Virus genome (UHGV): UHGV-1651392 | Reading direction: 5' to 3' (one strand) | DNA length: 10,294 nt | DNA from: a virus | Shown here: positions 5,879-10,294 of the stretch, one piece after another | Layout: each line of letters begins with the position of its first letter | Position numbering within the stretch: the first letter of the stretch is position 1 | Made by a program: the position numbers and the translations under genes | Notes under the pieces: generated by a model | What the model saw: only the letters and a program-made list of their open reading frames with translations | Databases searched by the model: none | Told to the model about the DNA's origin: nothing

Positions 5879-8410
5879 ATGCCAGTCGTACCAACAGTAT
5901 CCGGACGCCAGGTTGAGAGCCGTGGAGTTCAGTCAGCAGGCTTGCAGACGTTTTCTCAGCCAGATATTGGTGATGCTTTTGTTCGGGCAGGGACAGAGGC
6001 AATTGATGTTCTTGGTCAGGCAAAACAGCGCGCCAATATTGCCTTGGTTCAGGAGGCATCCCTTAAACTCAGTCAGACAGGCAGTGATCTGCTGAATAAT
6101 CCTGAAACAGGATTGCTTAACTTGAAAGGGAAAAATGCTATTGGAAAAGGCCATGAGTATACACAGCAGTTTGATGCTCAGATCGAACAACTGGCTATGT
6201 CGCTGCCGGATGAACAGGCTCGTAATGCTTTCATGCAGCAGGCGCAGCAGCAGCGTATTCAGTTCGCTACGCAGGCCGGGAGGTACGAGATAGGGCAAAT
6301 AAATGCCTACGAAGAAGGCCAGTTTCAGGCGACACTGCTGAATAATGGTAAAAATGCCTCAGCATTATATGGCGACAACGCAGCATACATATTGGCTAAT
6401 ACGCAAACTTTCCAGCAAATTGAGGATTACGGTATTGCGCATGGCTGGAGCGACGAGCAAATCCAGGCCAAGAAAATCGAGTTTAAAGAAGCAACAGCAA
6501 AAGCAACTGCTCAAAATGCTATTGGAGCAAACTATCTTCAGGTAAGACAGCAAAATGGCGAGTTAAGCGATACTGCTGCTGGATCTCGCCGTGCTGTAGC
6601 AGATAGTGGCTCTTCCGATCGTACCCGCGGTATACGCAACAATAACCCCGGCAATCTTGAATACAGCAAAACTAATCCGTGGGTTGGGCAGACTGGTGAT
6701 GATGGTCGCTTTGCCAAATTCGAAACCCCTGAACACGGTATTCGCGCGCTTGGTCGCAATTTGCTGTCGTATCAGCGTCAGGGTTATGACACCATCAGCG
6801 AAATAATTAATCGCTGGGCACCGGCCAGTGATGATAATAAAACTGATGCTTATATACGGGCAGTATGTGCTCAGCTCGGTGTAACTCCTGACCAGCCGCT
6901 TGACGCATCAAATCCTGACACACTGAAATCTCTGTGCAAAGCAATTATTCATCATGAGCAAGGCAGTCAGCCGTACAGTGATCAGCAATTGGCCGCTGGC
7001 GTTAGTGCCGCACTGGGGCTTTCTCAGCTACCGACAAAAAATAAACGTTATACCGGTGTAGCCTGGTTCGATGCTTTAAGTGAATCAGATCAGGCCAGCG
7101 TGTTGCGACAGACGGATGCATTAGCCAGACAGCAGCAGGCTGAATATAGAACGATGCTCGAAAGCCGGGTTCGCGATGCAACGGCTGCGTATATGCGTGG
7201 CGTTGAATTTCCTAACCCGCCTGGTGAGGGTGAGTTCATTGCTGCTTATGGTGTCAGAGAAGGAAACCTGCGATATACCGAGTTCAGAAATTTGCAGATC
7301 GCCGGACAGTATATAGGCTCTTTCCGCAACATGCCGACAAGCAGCATTACCGCATATGTTGAGCAATTACGCCCGGATACTGGTGAGACAGGGGAGGGGT
7401 ATGCGTCTCGTGCGGAGTTATTCGACCGGGTATCGGCGGCAGCCACGAAGGTAATAACCCAGAGGCAGAATAATCCGTTTAGTGCAGCGGTGGAAATCGG
7501 AGCCTATAAGCCGATCACCAGCAACAACCCTGACGACATCACTGCCGAGGTGGCTAACCGTTTCTCGTCGCAGGAAAGCTTACGCGCGTTGGGAATTAAT
7601 GCCCCACTCCTCAACAGTGAAGAGGCGGCTGCGCTGGCACAGCAGGTGCGCGGCACTCAGAACGTTGACCAGACAATTAAACTGTTGCAGAGCATGGGGG
7701 AGAAGCTGCCTGCGCCAGCAATACGGCAGGTGGCATCTGTAATTGCTCCGAACAGTGCGGCAACAGCCTATTCTGCGCTGCTGCTGGGCACGCCGGATAA
7801 CCAGTACGACAACACCAGGCCGACGATCCCATATAGTCAGTTCATCGGGTATAAGCCGACGATGAACAAGTACGACGTTGCAAAGGTTATTCTTTCCGGC
7901 GACCAACTACTGAATCCGACGAAGGCCATGAAGAATGCGGGCATAACTCCGGTACAGTTGCCGAGCGAAGATAAGATGAAAGACGCTTTCGACGAACAGG
8001 TAGGTAATGCATTTGCCCGTAACCCGCAGTTACGCCAGATCAGTTATAGCCTTTTCAAAGCCGCTTACGCAGGAATAGCTTATCAATCTGGTGATGCCTC
8101 TACGGTAAGAACCAGTATGCCTGATACAGACATTGTAGCTGATGCCGTGAAGTATGCTACTGGCGGTATATACAATGGTTTTAATGGCGGCGACGTTGTA
8201 ATGCCTTTTGGCATGGATAAATCTACTTTCAAAGATCGCTATACCACATCTGCGAAACAAGCACTGAAAGATGCCGGACTTAACGTAAATGCAGTGTCAA
8301 ATTTCACGCCAGTTAATATCGGCAATAACCGGTATCGGCTTGTAAATGGTAGCGGACGCTGGGCAACAGATCCCAGAACCAATAAAGCTATTGTCGTGAG
8401 GGTTGAATAA
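5879..8410 (+). CDS. Large protein of unknown function (843 aa); possibly a virion/cell-envelope-associated or effector-type protein
   Basis: Long ORF with RBS AGGGGG (5866-5871). Gln/Ala-rich, probably helical N-terminal third. Central segment with conserved-looking motif RTRGIRNNNPGNLEYSKTNPWVGQTGDDGRFAKFETPEHGIRALGRNLL. Stop overlaps the next ATG (TAATG at 8408-8412). Function not assignable from sequence alone. Confidence 0.8.
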   Translation: MPVVPTVSGRQVESRGVQSAGLQTFSQPDIGDAFVRAGTEAIDVLGQAKQRANIALVQEASLKLSQTGSDLLNNPETGLLNLKGKNAIGKGHEYTQQFDAQIEQLAMSLPDEQARNAFMQQAQQQRIQFATQAGRYEIGQINAYEEGQFQATLLNNGKNASALYGDNAAYILANTQTFQQIEDYGIAHGWSDEQIQAKKIEFKEATAKATAQNAIGANYLQVRQQNGELSDTAAGSRRAVADSGSSDRTRGIRNNNPGNLEYSKTNPWVGQTGDDGRFAKFETPEHGIRALGRNLLSYQRQGYDTISEIINRWAPASDDNKTDAYIRAVCAQLGVTPDQPLDASNPDTLKSLCKAIIHHEQGSQPYSDQQLAAGVSAALGLSQLPTKNKRYTGVAWFDALSESDQASVLRQTDALARQQQAEYRTMLESRVRDATAAYMRGVEFPNPPGEGEFIAAYGVREGNLRYTEFRNLQIAGQYIGSFRNMPTSSITAYVEQLRPDTGETGEGYASRAELFDRVSAAATKVITQRQNNPFSAAVEIGAYKPITSNNPDDITAEVANRFSSQESLRALGINAPLLNSEEAAALAQQVRGTQNVDQTIKLLQSMGEKLPAPAIRQVASVIAPNSAATAYSALLLGTPDNQYDNTRPTIPYSQFIGYKPTMNKYDVAKVILSGDQLLNPTKAMKNAGITPVQLPSEDKMKDAFDEQVGNAFARNPQLRQISYSLFKAAYAGIAYQSGDASTVRTSMPDTDIVADAVKYATGGIYNGFNGGDVVMPFGMDKSTFKDRYTTSAKQALKDAGLNVNAVSNFTPVNIGNNRYRLVNGSGRWATDPRTNKAIVVRVE

Positions 8411-10245
8411 TGTCTGATGTTTTTTCTTTGGCTCCAGAAGGTCAGGCATGGATTGACGACAAAACAGTTGCCAACCCAGCAAGGCCAGAAGACTACGATC
8501 CGACTCCCTTCCAGGGTTCAGGTACTGCACTTTTGAGCGGCGTGGCGGAGGGGGCTCTCGGTCTCGCGCAGTCTGCCGTCGGATTCAGCAAGCGCCTGAT
8601 TAGCGATCCGGCATTTACCGCAGACGTGGCACCGACAGTTAATATTTTTCGGGAGATGTTCCCTGATGCTGACAAAACACTGAATGATACATACGACACG
8701 ATCGGAAAACAGTTACAGGATGCCCGCAGCTATGTGAAGCCTGATGCAGGCAGCCAGGGAATGGCGGCTGAGGTATTAAATGAGGTTGGTAAATTTGTTC
8801 CTGCAATCGGAACAACTATGTTTGGTGGTCCGCTCATCGGCGCTGCTACAGCCTTCAGTTCTACGTATGAGCAGTCCTATCAGGATTTTAAAGGGAAGGG
8901 AGTAGACGAGGCTACAGCGCGTAACCTGGCAACGCAGCAGAGCCTTTTCAATGCTGTGGGTATGGCCTTACCCGCTGCCGTCGGCACCACACTGGCAACG
9001 CGCATTGCCTCAGGTGTGGCAATCAACACCGGATTCGGTGGACTGAACCGTTACTCAGTAGGCGCAACACTGGAGGAAAAAGGCTACACGGAGATGGCAA
9101 AACAGTACCGGGTATTTGACGGTCAGGCGATGTTAGTCGATGCCGTTTTAGGCGGGGTCTTTGGTGGCGTTCATCACCTGACTACCCATAATAACCATGA
9201 TGGTACAGAGTCGAACATTTCTGCAGAAGAAATAAAATCAACTTTTGGTGAACATTATCAGCAATCTCCTGATGGTAACATTGAGTCAATGGTTCGTGAT
9301 TTATCTGATTCAGGAGTAATAGAACTTATTAATGAACCAGCAATAAAAAATAGTGATGGAGAAATACTTCTGAATAAAGGTCATGTGACAGTAGCTTCCG
9401 GAAAAGAACCAATAATAAGAATAAATATTAATGGATTAAAAGACCATGAAGAACTGTTAGAAACCCTTCATCACGAGGCGCTTCATCTTGAGCAGCGCCA
9501 TTACCCTGACTGGAAGGCCAGAAAGCTAGCTAATGCTGTACTTAAATCTGCAAACAAGCATTCTGACTATCCTGAATTTGCATATGGGATGTCACAATAT
9601 TATGAATATAAGAAAAGGGGTGAGTACCCTGAAACATATCCTGAGTGGTTGTACGCTGAAGAAGTTGCCGCACATGCAGTAAATCCATCTCTAAAGACAA
9701 GCGTTTCATCATGGGAAAAAATTATTTCAGGTTTTAAAGCCTATATATTCAGATACAGTGGTATTCAGGTTGGAACCGTTACACCTGAGCAGTTACGGTT
9801 ACTCGTAAGTATGCGTCTTCGCAATATGAAACTGGAAGCCGCAGTAGAAAAAGTTTTTGGTATCCGGGCGAGGGAAAGAATAAAACCAAGCGATATTGAT
9901 GCAGCCCACATTTTGAATGAGGGGCTTCATTACGATATTGAATCGTCACCAGTGCTTCATACCAGCAATGAGAGCATCAACAGCCATGTTGACGCCATGG
10001 ATGAAGCATACAGGCAACTTAATGATGGTCAGCCTGTAAATGTTGGGGGGATGGCGCGAGGGCTTGATGGTCCATTGCGATCAGATATATCTGATACTTA
10101 CCAAGAGCAATACCATGAAATACAAAAGGTTTTTGAAGAAAATGGTGTCAGATACGAAACATCATCAGAGCCAATTAGTGAATCGCCTGTCCCTCGTGAA
10201 CCGCCCCGGGAATCCTGGAGACTAAACTTCCTGAGAAAGAGGTAA
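8410..10245 (+). CDS. Modular protein (611 aa as read): GC-rich Gly/Ala-rich hydrophobic N-terminal trunk plus AT-rich C-terminal domain with HExxH motif; 3' end fused to and truncated by an IS element
   Basis: Coupled start with RBS GAGGG (8398-8402). N-terminal 257 aa contain repeated small-residue hydrophobic segments (for example GTTMFGGPLIGAATAF, ALPAAVGTTLATRIASGVAINTGFGG, VLGGVFGGV). Sampled 60-nt blocks fall from 57-68% GC to 28-35% GC at about 9180. HEALH motif at 9472-9486. The last 16 codons (from 10197) are IS-derived, so the native C-terminus is missing or altered. Confidence 0.75.
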   Translation: MSDVFSLAPEGQAWIDDKTVANPARPEDYDPTPFQGSGTALLSGVAEGALGLAQSAVGFSKRLISDPAFTADVAPTVNIFREMFPDADKTLNDTYDTIGKQLQDARSYVKPDAGSQGMAAEVLNEVGKFVPAIGTTMFGGPLIGAATAFSSTYEQSYQDFKGKGVDEATARNLATQQSLFNAVGMALPAAVGTTLATRIASGVAINTGFGGLNRYSVGATLEEKGYTEMAKQYRVFDGQAMLVDAVLGGVFGGVHHLTTHNNHDGTESNISAEEIKSTFGEHYQQSPDGNIESMVRDLSDSGVIELINEPAIKNSDGEILLNKGHVTVASGKEPIIRININGLKDHEELLETLHHEALHLEQRHYPDWKARKLANAVLKSANKHSDYPEFAYGMSQYYEYKKRGEYPETYPEWLYAEEVAAHAVNPSLKTSVSSWEKIISGFKAYIFRYSGIQVGTVTPEQLRLLVSMRLRNMKLEAAVEKVFGIRARERIKPSDIDAAHILNEGLHYDIESSPVLHTSNESINSHVDAMDEAYRQLNDGQPVNVGGMARGLDGPLRSDISDTYQEQYHEIQKVFEENGVRYETSSEPISESPVPREPPRESWRLNFLRKR

Positions 10246-10294
10246 ACAGGATGACTAAAAATACTCGTTTTTCCCCCGAAGTCCGTCAACGGGC
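10197..10294 (+). mobile_element. Left end of an IS3-family insertion sequence (IS629/IS1203-like), continuing beyond the window
   Basis: Sequence TGAACCGCCCCGGGAATCCTGGAGACTAAACTTCCTGAGAAAGAGGTAAACAGG followed by ATG ... MTKNTRFSPEVRQR matches my recollection of the IS629-type left inverted repeat and OrfA start. The exact boundary (10196/10197) is from memory and needs confirmation. Confidence 0.6.
10251..10294 (+). CDS. IS3-family transposase OrfA, N-terminal fragment (partial at window edge)
   Basis: ATG at 10251 with RBS GAGG (about 10240-10243); translation MTKNTRFSPEVRQR(A) is characteristic of IS3-family OrfA helix-turn-helix proteins. Confidence 0.7.
   Translation, partial: MTKNTRFSPEVRQR

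Noticed and set aside
5832-8530. Numerous short ORFs overlapping the 843-aa gene on both strands (for example 5933-6298, 6345-6545, 7482-7742, 7580-7906, 8030-8260, 8297-8530)
   Set aside because: Embedded in or antisense to a long, RBS-supported CDS; typical spurious frames.
10040-10289. ORFs 10040-10225 (+) and 10098-10289 (-)
   Set aside because: Overlap the 3' end of the 611-aa gene and the IS terminus in alternative frames; not supported.

Overview
This 10.3-kb window reads as part of an integrated mobile element (satellite-phage / PICI-like or P4-like island) in an enterobacterial-type genome, ending in an IS3-family insertion sequence. All calls rest on reading the sequence and ORF track by eye; no database search was possible. 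Layout, left to right: (1) a leftward ribbon-helix-helix regulator gene (381-560) facing a 200-bp control region with three GTGGCTGACA direct repeats over a near-consensus sigma70 promoter; (2) a rightward, translationally coupled four-gene operon (761-3642) ending in a 708-aa P-loop replication-type protein; (3) an iteron cluster with AT-rich core (3666-3790), probably the origin; (4) an SSB gene and a ProQ/FinO-family RNA chaperone gene, followed by an overlapping 138-aa ORF and a strongly terminated short transcript; (5) a small GTG-initiated putative regulator; (6) a coupled operon of two large proteins (843 aa and 611 aa) of unknown function. The 611-aa protein is the most interesting object: GC-rich glycine/alanine-rich N-terminal trunk, an abrupt drop to about 35% GC, then a C-terminal domain with an HExxH zinc-peptidase-like motif, and a 3' end cut by the IS at about 10197. 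I read it as a candidate polymorphic-toxin-like effector or defence cargo whose downstream partner was displaced by the IS. No rRNA, tRNA or CRISPR array was recognised.
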